A stretch of 64,000 bases of DNA from an uncultured bacterium (GTDB taxonomy: Bacteria; Desulfobacterota_D; UBA1144; Nemesobacterales; UBA2774): assembly GCA_963705505.1 (NCBI GenBank), contig CAVPJU010000010.1, positions 576,001 to 640,000 of the forward strand. The letters run 5' to 3'. Position numbers and translations under genes: made by a program. Of this stretch, positions 1-9,600 are shown piece after piece. Positions within the stretch are counted from its first letter, which is position 1. Each line of letters opens with the position of its first letter. Under the pieces are notes generated by a model that was given only the letters and a program-made list of their open reading frames with translations, searched no databases and had not been told where the DNA came from.

Positions 1-2
1 AG

Positions 3-188
3 GGTGATAAGGCCGTCTTGGGACTTCTTCGGTTTAACCCCTTTCCCGATAAGCCACCGAAATATGTTCGCGCATTATTATATGAATATCATTTCACTAC
101 TCCTGAGGAACGGAGCCGGACCGGCGCTATTTGGAACCGACGGCTCATAGGACTTTATTTCCCGCCGGTTTCGCTTAGATACCAATGA
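3..188 (+). CDS. 3' end of lipase maturation factor (LMF1) family membrane protein, partial
   Basis: Manual translation of frame 3: GDKAVLGLLRFNPFPDKPPKYVRALLYEYHFTTPEERSRTGAIWNRRLIGLYFPPVSLRYQ*, the typical LMF C-terminus (NPFP..PP.Y.RA..Y.Y.FT). Confidence 0.85.
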   Translation, partial: GDKAVLGLLRFNPFPDKPPKYVRALLYEYHFTTPEERSRTGAIWNRRLIGLYFPPVSLRYQ

Positions 189-288
189 CGAGTACCACGG
201 AGTCTTTGAAGCGATAAGCGGAGAATGAAATGGCGCTTCAGCTTGTATCTTTTAGTATTTTCATTTGGTCACAGATTTGCTCACATTT

Positions 289-1917
289 TTAATCGCCCTT
301 GCTTCGCTGAGACCGAGTTGCTAATGCTGCTTTCAGAGCCGGGTTGTCTAACATTAAAGATGCAGTGATAGCTCGTGCGGTCTCCTTTGAATGAACCACA
401 TCCGCCAATAGCGCAATGGTTAATGCGCGTCGCGCGCGCCGGTACTCACCGAGGCGTGCGTATGCAGGGATATCGCTCAAGACACCTAGATCGATTTCGA
501 CCGGGCCGGGTGGTTTAGGATAGCCAATTTCACTCTTATTCAGACCTCTGAATTTCCGCGTCAGAGCCTTAATACATTTCTCCCTATTTTTAGTGTATAC
601 GGGATCGAGCTTGAGCTCCGCACCGGCAAAACCAACAATCAGAGACGGCTTGGCTATTACGTTTGTTCGCACGTTGCCGGTGATAGACCCATCGGTAACC
701 GAGCAATCTACAGTCACGTCGAAGTTAGCGCCAATTCCAATTGTTTGAAGAGCAATAGAATTGTTCGACAGCCTGCATAGCAATTTTACGGTCTTATTTC
801 CAAACTTAGCGACCCGACCCTCGTATGTACCTGCTATGACATTTAATGATAAGGTCGTATCCTTAGTTACAGAAATTCCCCCGACTGTCCATGCAAATAC
901 CGGCTGCCTGTAGCGCTGGGTCTCTACTCTCAGTAGAGCTGTTTCGTCGTGCTTAACTATGGTAAGACTGTAATCGCGGTCCTCCAAGCAGCACTCCGGC
1001 TCTATATCACAAAGCCTTGTGTCGTCTGCACTCGGACGGAATGTCCCGTGAATTTGTTCGCTATGGTTTACCTTAATAGAACCAACTATTCTTGCTCGAT
1101 AGTCGCGGTCGATCGGGATGACGGTCGCAGAGTGTCGGTTCGACCAGTAAGCGGTGACATGCGCACCATTTACCCAAGCGGTCTGTCCCAGTTGTCCTCC
1201 GCCTTTTACGGCGGCATCGGCGATTTCCCCTTTTTCAGAGTTGTTAGCATACCAGCCGTCGGATTCAGGATCGGATAACAGCTCAACCAATTCATGTGTA
1301 AATACCGCAACCGTGTCCTCCGGATCAGGAGTTGGTGTGCTGACCCATGCAACCCAGTACCAATCCTTATCGAAAGGAAAGTTATAGTCATAGTCGTTAG
1401 TATGTTGCCCGAAAGCTCCGATTGTCTGTGTGAACCCCCCCGGCATGAATACAATAAAGGCGATCTTTTCGTCATCCGGGTCCGGGAATACATCGTCGTC
1501 GATCAGATCGTCGATCAGGTCCGGTACCGCTTGCACGTCATCATCGGAGTTGAAAGCCATGGGTGGGCCGGGTTGTGTGACAATTGTCGCACCCCGCCAG
1601 TGGGGGCGCTCAATCCCGTACTGAGCCAGCTCCGAAAAATAGTCGCTTGCGAGAACTGCTTGCACACGCGACTCGATGAGGACACGCCGGGCTATGCCAT
1701 CTGCGGAGTTCCACCATCCACCCCAAAACAGAAGCTGAACCGGCATCCCGCTGCCGATCGGCCCGCCGTGAAAATCTACTGACGTGCCCGGAAGCGCTGA
1801 ATCGTTGAAAACAAGCAACGGCACGTTGGGATGCGACCACCAGCTTTCGATCTCACGCTCGCTGACGATATACGTTGTTAAACCTGAAACATCGTAAATG
1901 ATACGAGGAATTGTCAT
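289..1917 (-). CDS. Hypothetical 542-aa protein: N-terminal Phi-1/EXORDIUM-like HExxE domain plus beta-rich C-terminal region
   Basis: Long ORF with GGAGAGG RBS; motifs FHGGPI..VQLLFWG and THELVELLSDP..GWY..GEIAD. Confidence 0.65.
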   Translation of the reverse strand: MTIPRIIYDVSGLTTYIVSEREIESWWSHPNVPLLVFNDSALPGTSVDFHGGPIGSGMPVQLLFWGGWWNSADGIARRVLIESRVQAVLASDYFSELAQYGIERPHWRGATIVTQPGPPMAFNSDDDVQAVPDLIDDLIDDDVFPDPDDEKIAFIVFMPGGFTQTIGAFGQHTNDYDYNFPFDKDWYWVAWVSTPTPDPEDTVAVFTHELVELLSDPESDGWYANNSEKGEIADAAVKGGGQLGQTAWVNGAHVTAYWSNRHSATVIPIDRDYRARIVGSIKVNHSEQIHGTFRPSADDTRLCDIEPECCLEDRDYSLTIVKHDETALLRVETQRYRQPVFAWTVGGISVTKDTTLSLNVIAGTYEGRVAKFGNKTVKLLCRLSNNSIALQTIGIGANFDVTVDCSVTDGSITGNVRTNVIAKPSLIVGFAGAELKLDPVYTKNREKCIKALTRKFRGLNKSEIGYPKPPGPVEIDLGVLSDIPAYARLGEYRRARRALTIALLADVVHSKETARAITASLMLDNPALKAALATRSQRSKGD

Positions 1918-2243
1918 TTAACCTCTCCTTTCTCGAAATGGGGCAATAAAACAATCACATCCATGTACATAATGCTCTTATGACAAGAAAATAGCTTAAC
2001 GATTGACTCGTAAAACCGCATCCAATAGCACCGACCAAATAAAGGCAAAGTAGAATCAACGACAAGTCAGTCAAGTAATTATTCTTTATTACATTCTTCT
2101 ACCCAATATTCCACTCAAACAGCTGCCAACTAAGCGCACAGTAGTTTTCAGTCCGAGTTAATGCAATAGTCAGACGGCTATATTGGCTAGCTGGATCATG
2201 CCACTGCTTAAAAGAGCTCAGCCCACTCTACTGTGGATGTTCT

Positions 2244-4736
2244 TCACGAAGTTTTTGTGTCGCGCTGCGCTTCCTGAAGCACCGCATTCCATAACTCAGG
2301 CGCCTCGCGCATCGCAAACTCGACCCGCATGTCAAACGTTGTCGCAAGGGTAGAGGTGCTCAATGAGCGAGTGGCGAGCTCGCGGATCGATTCATGCAGG
2401 AACTCGATCGGGTCACCCGGTCCAATCGGGGCCCGCTCGGCGAACCTTCGCAGGAACTCTCGCCACTTCTTGGCGGCCTCTTCGATGGCCTTCCGCTCTT
2501 CAGTGAAGAATTCTTCAGGAACTAAAACCAGTTGGTTAACTATTTCGGAGACGAACGGGGTGTGAATGTGTTCGATCAGCCGCTGGTCGGAAAGAACATC
2601 CGCTAGGTTCTCGGAAGCGGTCTCACCGGAATAGACAGCCTCCTCGACGACGACATGGACCTGAAAGGGACGGTCTTCCGGTCGGCCGAAAAGCCTGACC
2701 TCCAGCTGGTCCGCCGTCCAGTTGAGCTGCCATTTGACCGTGACGCCTTCGTTCTTCACGTGACGGCGCTCGGCCTTGTCGAGTGAAACATCGGTCAGGG
2801 TAACAAGGTCGCCAATATCCAAGAGCTCGTCACGGCCCATGTCGACCAGCGGCGCAGGGTCGCTCATCACATGCATGGGGGCTTGTGTCAAGTCTTCACC
2901 CGAAAGCAAATGAATGGACACACCTCCGGTACTGACCATATTTTTCGTACCGCTCTCGGAGGTAAACTTTGCGGCAAGATTTTTTGTCCCGACATCGATG
3001 AATGAGCTCCACGGCGAAACCACGGGTACATACCAGTCGAATGTTGAAGCCTGCAGAGTTGCGTCACCGCTGCGGGTCACGGTTTGGGAAGGGCTCGGAC
3101 CCTCATAGAGTACGACCTCCGAGAGGATTGAGTTCTTCCTCAGTTCGGTCCGCAAGCGATTGCAGCGCGGATCGCCTTGTGTCGGCTCGTAATCTGTCTG
3201 CCATATTTCGCCGACATATTCACGGCTATTCCAGCCCTCTTTGCCGAAAAGCGAGTTGGTCGTTCGGAGAACGATACGGTAACGAAATGCCGGCACGTAG
3301 CCGGGCTCCTGTGTGGTGATGCGTATGCGACTGCGCGCGTCGTAGCGCTTTAGCGTCGCATCGTGTTTAATGACGCCAACGAGAGCTATGGAAGGACTCG
3401 TCGCAACGGTCGGCGTTTCGTCTCGAAAACTGCGACTGTCTTTGACATACCCGGAAACTGTCTGACTACTGCTAGGCGGTGTCGAAAGGAAGCGGAGCCA
3501 CGCCGCCGTGTTGATCAGACGGAACATACCTGTCGCTACCTGGAGGTTGGCATAGTCTTGTCGGGCTTGTTCATTCGCTGCAACGGCGACATCGTCGAGT
3601 TGTGTTGCCTGAGTGGGCCAATGATAATTGAAAAGTCCGCGTGGGCCGGTGTCCTGACCTGCCTGGAATTCCGCGCCGAACCGCTCCCACAGGAAAGCGT
3701 CGTTGTAACGGACTAGGTCGAATGCGCCGACCGCGTAGGTCGGCGGCGCCAGGTCCCAGCCCTTCTGTCCTCCACCCATAGGTATCTCGAATATAGACCA
3801 CGTCTGCTGCTGAAGGACTGTTGTGGGCGTATACTCCGTGCGGGAAATAGATTCGTCTTGCATACGCAGAACGAAGCGATCTATGGCTTCTGCAGTCTTG
3901 CGCAGCTGGCTCGCATACATCCCGGCCGACCTGAACCAAGGCATCGCGATATGAACAAGTGCCGTAAATGTCGTAGCCCCGTAGATCAGCATCGGCACTC
4001 CGAGACGATAGTCGAAGACCGTAACATTTGGCGACTGCATCGGCACAGGTGCAAGTGATCCGTCTGAGCGTTCAAATACGAGAAGCTGTGAGGCGAATGC
4101 CCGCCCCTTGTATGCATCAGGATCGTAAGTCGTTGCCCATTCCTGATCCCTTAGTCGTGAAAGGGGCACAGCAAGCTCATCGACGATGGACCGCATGGTG
4201 GCGAAGATTTGAGCTCGCGCGGCACCGGTCGGCTTCGAGACTATTAGCTGAGTCAGCAATCCGCGCACACGGTCGATCCTTCCGTCGAAGTCGGAGTGCA
4301 TCTCTATCATCTTGTCGGCGCGCTGTATCTGCTCAAGGCCTTGCAGCTGGTTCTTGATGTTGAATAGCGTTCTTGCAAGCTCGGGGCTCATGCCGTCGTC
4401 TGCAGTCATCAAATCCATGATCGTCATGAGTATCCCGAGAGCCCACATATAAGTAGCGACCGCCGTGGCGACAATGCCCGCGACCCCGGCGATCTTGCTG
4501 AGGAAATTCACGATATCCTTGGGGACGCCCCACTCCATCCATTTTTTCTTGGCGTCATCATCGCGCGGCAGTATGTCGGAGAGGTCCTTGAATGCGTCTT
4601 GGAGCTTTTTCGTATCGAGCTTGAAGCCCCCGGGTGCCTGGTATATCTGGGCTCCTGTAGGCGCTCCGAAAACAATATTGCCGGACGAGTCGAGGTAAGC
4701 ACCTCCGCCGAGGTGAACGGCAAAGCTGGTAGTCAT
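2244..4736 (-). CDS. Hypothetical 830-aa protein
   Basis: Long ORF with GGAGG RBS; hydrophobic segment near aa 80-110 followed by amphipathic helices; no family recognised. Confidence 0.8.
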   Translation of the reverse strand: MTTSFAVHLGGGAYLDSSGNIVFGAPTGAQIYQAPGGFKLDTKKLQDAFKDLSDILPRDDDAKKKWMEWGVPKDIVNFLSKIAGVAGIVATAVATYMWALGILMTIMDLMTADDGMSPELARTLFNIKNQLQGLEQIQRADKMIEMHSDFDGRIDRVRGLLTQLIVSKPTGAARAQIFATMRSIVDELAVPLSRLRDQEWATTYDPDAYKGRAFASQLLVFERSDGSLAPVPMQSPNVTVFDYRLGVPMLIYGATTFTALVHIAMPWFRSAGMYASQLRKTAEAIDRFVLRMQDESISRTEYTPTTVLQQQTWSIFEIPMGGGQKGWDLAPPTYAVGAFDLVRYNDAFLWERFGAEFQAGQDTGPRGLFNYHWPTQATQLDDVAVAANEQARQDYANLQVATGMFRLINTAAWLRFLSTPPSSSQTVSGYVKDSRSFRDETPTVATSPSIALVGVIKHDATLKRYDARSRIRITTQEPGYVPAFRYRIVLRTTNSLFGKEGWNSREYVGEIWQTDYEPTQGDPRCNRLRTELRKNSILSEVVLYEGPSPSQTVTRSGDATLQASTFDWYVPVVSPWSSFIDVGTKNLAAKFTSESGTKNMVSTGGVSIHLLSGEDLTQAPMHVMSDPAPLVDMGRDELLDIGDLVTLTDVSLDKAERRHVKNEGVTVKWQLNWTADQLEVRLFGRPEDRPFQVHVVVEEAVYSGETASENLADVLSDQRLIEHIHTPFVSEIVNQLVLVPEEFFTEERKAIEEAAKKWREFLRRFAERAPIGPGDPIEFLHESIRELATRSLSTSTLATTFDMRVEFAMREAPELWNAVLQEAQRDTKTS

Positions 4737-5056
4737 GGTAACCTCCGTCAGATCTCTTCAACAAAATGCTTTAAAGTCGTAAAATGGCTCTCGATCGGCT
4801 ACGAGGGGGCCGAAACAACCGACATTCCGCGAACCAAACTAAGATCGAGATAGCACCCTGTCGGGCCACTTGATCAAAGCCCTTATCTTTGAGTTCCTTA
4901 TATTCAATGTTAAAGGCTGACATGCCTTTCCGACCAAACCCGAATATATAGAGATCTCCGATACAGACCGCTTACTTGGTATGCCCCAAGATAACATTGG
5001 AAACACAAAAGGATGGTATTAATTAGAGAGGAAAGAATTAAATGATTATCTCCCTA

Positions 5057-5146
5057 ACTCGGTAACCCGACTACCTAAGTACCAACAAGTTCCTCAGGTT
5101 CTAGGCTTTGCGTCCCATCCTCACAAATGGTTTGCCTTTATCGATC
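5057..5146 (-). ncRNA. c-di-GMP-I (GEMM) riboswitch
   Basis: Minus strand reads GAUCGAUAAAGGCAAACCAUUUGUGAGGAUGGGACGCAAAGCCUAGAACCUGAGG...UAGGUAGUCGGGUUACCGAG; has GGCAAACC-stem-GNRA loop-GGGACGCAAAGCC and the 3' GGUUACCGA. Confidence 0.92.
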
Positions 5147-5165
5147 AGGACATATAATGGCTGAG

Positions 5166-5195
5166 ACTTTAACACAATTCGCAGCTAAAAGTCAA
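5166..5195 (-). promoter_or_regulatory. Sigma70-type promoter for the riboswitch leader
   Basis: TTGACT-N18-TAAAGT with an extended TGn element, about 20 nt upstream of the riboswitch. Confidence 0.55.
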
Positions 5196-5267
5196 TGATG
5201 ATTACTATGAGACAAAACGACCCTATGATTGAACGAGCGAAAGGGACGAGTGGTATAGAATGAGGCA

Positions 5268-5344
5268 TGGTCGGGGTGAGAGGGATCGAACCTCCGACCT
5301 CGGCGTCCCAAGCGCCGCGCGCTACCAGACTGCGCTACACCCCG
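5268..5344 (-). tRNA. tRNA-Pro (anticodon TGG)
   Basis: CGGGGTG..CACCCCG acceptor stem with encoded ACCA; anticodon arm CGGCG-CTTGGGA-CGCCG; T loop TTCGATC; 77 nt. Confidence 0.97.
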
Positions 5345-5563
5345 ACCGGGGAAAAATGATTATACCCACGATAAGGAAAACAACAAGATGTAAACGGGGA
5401 GACTCCGGGGGCAGCAGGGGCAACACTCACTCACGGCAAAAACTTCAGTGTCGGAAGAGGATTGAGCGGACATTTTTATCGTAAACATCCTTTACCCGGT
5501 CTCGGCACATGAGGAAAGGAGCGAGTCTCAATCCTTTACCGGAAGCGGGCGGGCGATGCAGAA

Positions 5564-6106
5564 CTATTTCATATTCTTCATATATTCTATATACCTTTCT
5601 CTGCCGGAGCCGGTCTTGTACGAAGAATATCCGATGGGGTTCTTCTCGTAATAGTTCTGATGGTACTCCTCGGCGGGATAGAATGCCATCGCCGGTCTTA
5701 TGTCCGTTACTATAGGGGCTTTGTATCTCCCCGACTCGCCGAGTTTCCTTTTGGACTCTTCGGCTGTCTTCTTCTGCTCCTCGTTATGGTAAAAAATAGC
5801 CGTCATATAGTGCCTGCCCCTGTCGACGAACTGACCGCCGTCGTCAGTCGGGTCTATATTGAGCCAGAACACATCCAGAAGCTGGTCATAGGAAATCCGT
5901 TCGGGATCGTAGGTTACCTCTATAGATTCCAGGTGTCCCGTCCTGCCGTAGCACACTTCGTGATAATTCGGGTTCTTCTCCTTCCCGCCCGTATACCCGA
6001 CCGTGGTCGAAATAACTCCGTCAAGCCTGTCGAACGGGGGCTGCATGCACCAGAAGCAGCCTCCGGAAAAAGTAGCCTTCTCGTAATTTTTGCCCGTCAT
6101 TTCCAT
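5564..6106 (-). CDS. msrA: Peptide methionine-S-sulfoxide reductase
   Basis: GGCFWC, GQFVDRG and AEEYHQNYY motifs. Confidence 0.96.
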   Translation of the reverse strand: MEMTGKNYEKATFSGGCFWCMQPPFDRLDGVISTTVGYTGGKEKNPNYHEVCYGRTGHLESIEVTYDPERISYDQLLDVFWLNIDPTDDGGQFVDRGRHYMTAIFYHNEEQKKTAEESKRKLGESGRYKAPIVTDIRPAMAFYPAEEYHQNYYEKNPIGYSSYKTGSGRERYIEYMKNMK

Positions 6107-6197
6107 GGCTCTCCTGTCCGTACCATTTTATTGATTATAAAATGAAAAGTATACTCACATAGGATCTGCTAAAAAAGCTGCATCTCATCTCTATTAC

Positions 6198-6225
6198 AAT
6201 ACGCCGAAATAAAGAGAAAGGATTC
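6198..6225 (-). promoter_or_regulatory. Putative ECF sigma promoter, copy 1 (msrA)
   Basis: GAATCC-N16-CGTATT; same motif and spacing at 42688, 50076 and 50973. Confidence 0.65.
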
Positions 6226-6261
6226 AGGATATTTACATCTCGTAAAAATCACTGAGTACGA

Positions 6262-6687
6262 TCAAGAGCGGGCACCCTTCACCCCGGAAATGCGCGCCCG
6301 AAGGAGGTCCCTTGTCACGAGATAAACTATCGGAATTCCGAGGAGGAGTTTAACGAGAGACCACCCGAACGGCTTTCCGAACGAAGCGTAGTTCGCGCTT
6401 AAAAAGTCTGCGGAGAGCACTAGTCCCCTGTTGTATAAGCCGATCAGTGTAAGGACAGAAACAACTATGAGATACAGCCACGATAGAGCCGTTAGGTAAT
6501 TACCCCACCTCTTGCCCGACCAGAGCAGAATACCGCCCGCCGTGCCGCAGACACCTCGAAAGACGATCGCGTTCACGACTATGAATACGGCCCCTGGCGG
6601 AAGATTCCCGAGCTTGTACAGTACGTAGATCCCCGTGAGCCCGGCGAGTCCCTCCAGTAATGTGAGAACTGCTATGATCTTCTTCAC
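6262..6687 (-). CDS. Hypothetical membrane protein (about 4 TM segments)
   Basis: Hydrophobic segments; starts 7 bp after the tricorn protease gene ends. Confidence 0.7.
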   Translation of the reverse strand: MKKIIAVLTLLEGLAGLTGIYVLYKLGNLPPGAVFIVVNAIVFRGVCGTAGGILLWSGKRWGNYLTALSWLYLIVVSVLTLIGLYNRGLVLSADFLSANYASFGKPFGWSLVKLLLGIPIVYLVTRDLLRARISGVKGARS

Positions 6688-6694
6688 AAGCTGA

Positions 6695-9600
6695 TTATCC
6701 GGCTCCCGACCTGTCCTCGTACTGAGGCCTTACGGGTTTCTTGGGCGGATTCTTTTTAAGCAGGTCCGTAATTACTTTGATCGCCTTATCGAGCTGAGGG
6801 TCAGGGGAATCGTTCAGATTAGCAGGCAGGTCCTCGACTTTATAATCCGGGTCCACCCCGTATCCTTCCACATCCCATTTACCGTGGGAGTTCCAGAAGG
6901 CGTAGCCGGGCGCGGTGATATACCCGCCGTCGATAAGCCCCGGATTCCCGCTGATCCCGATAAGCCCGCCGAGCGTTCTGGTCCCTACGAGAGGCCCGAG
7001 TCCCGCCTTCCGGAAGTAATAGGGAAAAGCGTCCCCGCCCGAGCCCGACCACCCGTTAATTATCATTACCTTCGGACCGTTATTCGAGACGCTCGGTGTT
7101 TTCTCGTCTTTAAATTCGCGCACCGCCCAGTAATTCAAAAGCGGTCTGTTGAGGAGCTCTATAAAGCGGTCGGGAACCTGCCCTCCTCCGTTGAACCTCT
7201 CGTCCACGATAATCGCTTCCTTTCTGGTCTGGGGAGTAAACTGACGCACCAGCTCGTTCTGGCCGAAAACGCCCGTGTCCGGGACATAGACGTATCCGAC
7301 CCTCCCCTCCGTATCTTTATCCACCTTCTTCTTATTCCCGGAAACCCAATCGAGGTACCTGAGCTTCTGGTCTTCGGTTTTGGATATAACCTTTACGGTT
7401 ATTTCCCTGGCTCCTTTCATGTCCGGCGAAGCGTTCACCGTTAACGTGACCGTATCGCCCGTGAGTCCCTGAAACGCCGCCCAGGGGTCCTCCGCGGTAT
7501 CGAGGGATTTGCCGTTTACAGCCAGTATATAGTCACCCTCCCTGACTTTGAGACCCGGCTGGGCAAGCGGGGAATAGACGTCCGCATTAAACTCGCCGCC
7601 GCTGTAAATCTTTTTTATACGGTATGCCTCATTCTTCTTATCCTGCCCGAAGTCTATACCCAGAAGGCCGACCGGAACCGACTCGGCTTCCTCTATGTCC
7701 CCTCCCCCTACATACGTGTGAGACGAATTGAGCTCGCCCACCATCTCGCTTATTACGTAATTCAGGTCTTCCCTGTCTACTACATAGGGCAGGAGGCTCG
7801 CGTACCTTTCTTTAACAGCCTGCCAGTCGACCCCGTGCATATTCGGGTCGTAGAAAAAGTCCCTCTCGATACGCCACGCGTCGTTGAATATCTGGGTCCA
7901 TTCCTTTCTCGGGTCTATAAAAGCCTTCATCCTGGTCACGTCGATCTGACCGTCTCCGGGCTTTTTCCCCTCCGAGAGGTCGATAATGCCGTACATATCA
8001 CCCGAACGGTATAGAGCCTTCGCTCCGTTTGAGGAAAGTGCGTAGTCGGTTATACCCTGTATTACGGTCTTTTCACTCCTGTCGCCGAGGTCAAAGTACT
8101 GGAGTATGCCGCTGGGCGGGTCCTGCGGATTGCTCCCCGCAGGCGGGAACCGGAGATAGACGATCTTTCCGTTAGCCGCGTTTAACGGCCCGAAGTTCCC
8201 CGCGTTCACGGGTATTTTGACCGCTCGCTCTTCGATGCCGTCGAAGTCGATAACGACACCGCCGTCATTCCCGGCATTCTCCTGTTTTGCCTGCTTCGCC
8301 GCGTTCCCTGAGACGTACTCATCTTCGTTCCGCGGGGCGAGAGGGGACATCGTGTCTTTTTTCAAAGTCAGGGCGTAGATCTGTGTGGAGTTGGGGTATA
8401 TCCAGGTGTCGTCCATATCCCCGTAGACCGGTGTAAAGCTCCGGTCGGAGTAAAAATACAGGTACTTCCCTTCGGGGTCGAATACGGGACCGTTGTTGTT
8501 ATAGAAATTACTCGTAACCCTCCTGGTAGTGCCGTTCTTGGTATCGTATATGAATACGGATTTGAGATCGTTCGGGGTATTCTTCGCGTAAGCGAGCCAC
8601 CTGCTGTCAGGCGACCATGAATAGGAGCCGATATTCTCAAAATCGTCCTTATCGACCTCCTTCGGAAGCTTCTCGCCCGTATCCACTATATAGAGCCTTC
8701 CCGTCTTGTCGGTGAACGCGAGCTTCCTGCTGTCGGGCGACCATTCGGGCTTGTAGCGGTAAACCTTCCCGTCCTTCGTAATCCTCTCCTCCTGCCCTTC
8801 CCCGTCGCTCTGCCTTATGTATAACTCGTACTCGCCCGTCCTGTCCGAAAGGTAAGCGATGTATTTCCCGTCGGGCGACCAGGCCGGGAAGCGCTCGGCT
8901 ATGCCTGAAGTATTCGTCAGGTCGCGCACACTCCCCTCCCCCGCGGGAACTGTCAGGACCTCACCCCGGGCTTCGAAGAGGGCCCTCTTGCCTGTAGGTG
9001 AAATTGAAATATCCGAGATATTATCCGAGAGGTCCTTGAGTCTTGGACGTATCTCGGGCAGGTCATAAGGGACCCTGACAGAGACCTCGCTCATGCTCTC
9101 GTCGGAGAGGCTCAGCAGGTAGAGCCTGCCGCCGTTCTCAAACACTATGTCCTCAGGACCGAGGCTCGGCCACTTTACATCGAATTCAGTAAAATTGGTG
9201 ACCTGTCTCGTCTTCTTGGTATCAGTCTCAAAGACCCACAGATTCAGTTTTTTTTCCTCGCCTCTGTCCGAAAGGAAGTAGATATTGTTCCCGTGCCACA
9301 TCGGGGTCGTATCCGTGCCGGGGAAATCGGTGAGCTTGTCGAGCGAACCCGACGCGAAATCGTAGACCCATATGTCGCTCGCCATGCCGCCCTTGTATCT
9401 CTTCCATACACCCCTCATGGGCGCCACGTATTCAAACGCGAGCTTCTTCCCGTCCGGGCTGAAGCTCCCGAGCTCGCCGTAGGGGAGCGGCAGGACTTCG
9501 GGCATACCGCCCTTCTCCGAAACCCTGAACAACCTGTTGTAGCGCTGGGTCGGGCTCATCATATTAGAGCGGAAGAGTATGCTCTTCCCGTCGGGGTACC

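Noticed and set aside
4771..4923. 50-codon minus-strand ORF (MSAFNIEYKELKDKG...) between the riboswitch and the 830-aa gene
   Set aside because: Weak RBS and no recognisable motif; it could be a leader ORF or remnant but cannot be supported
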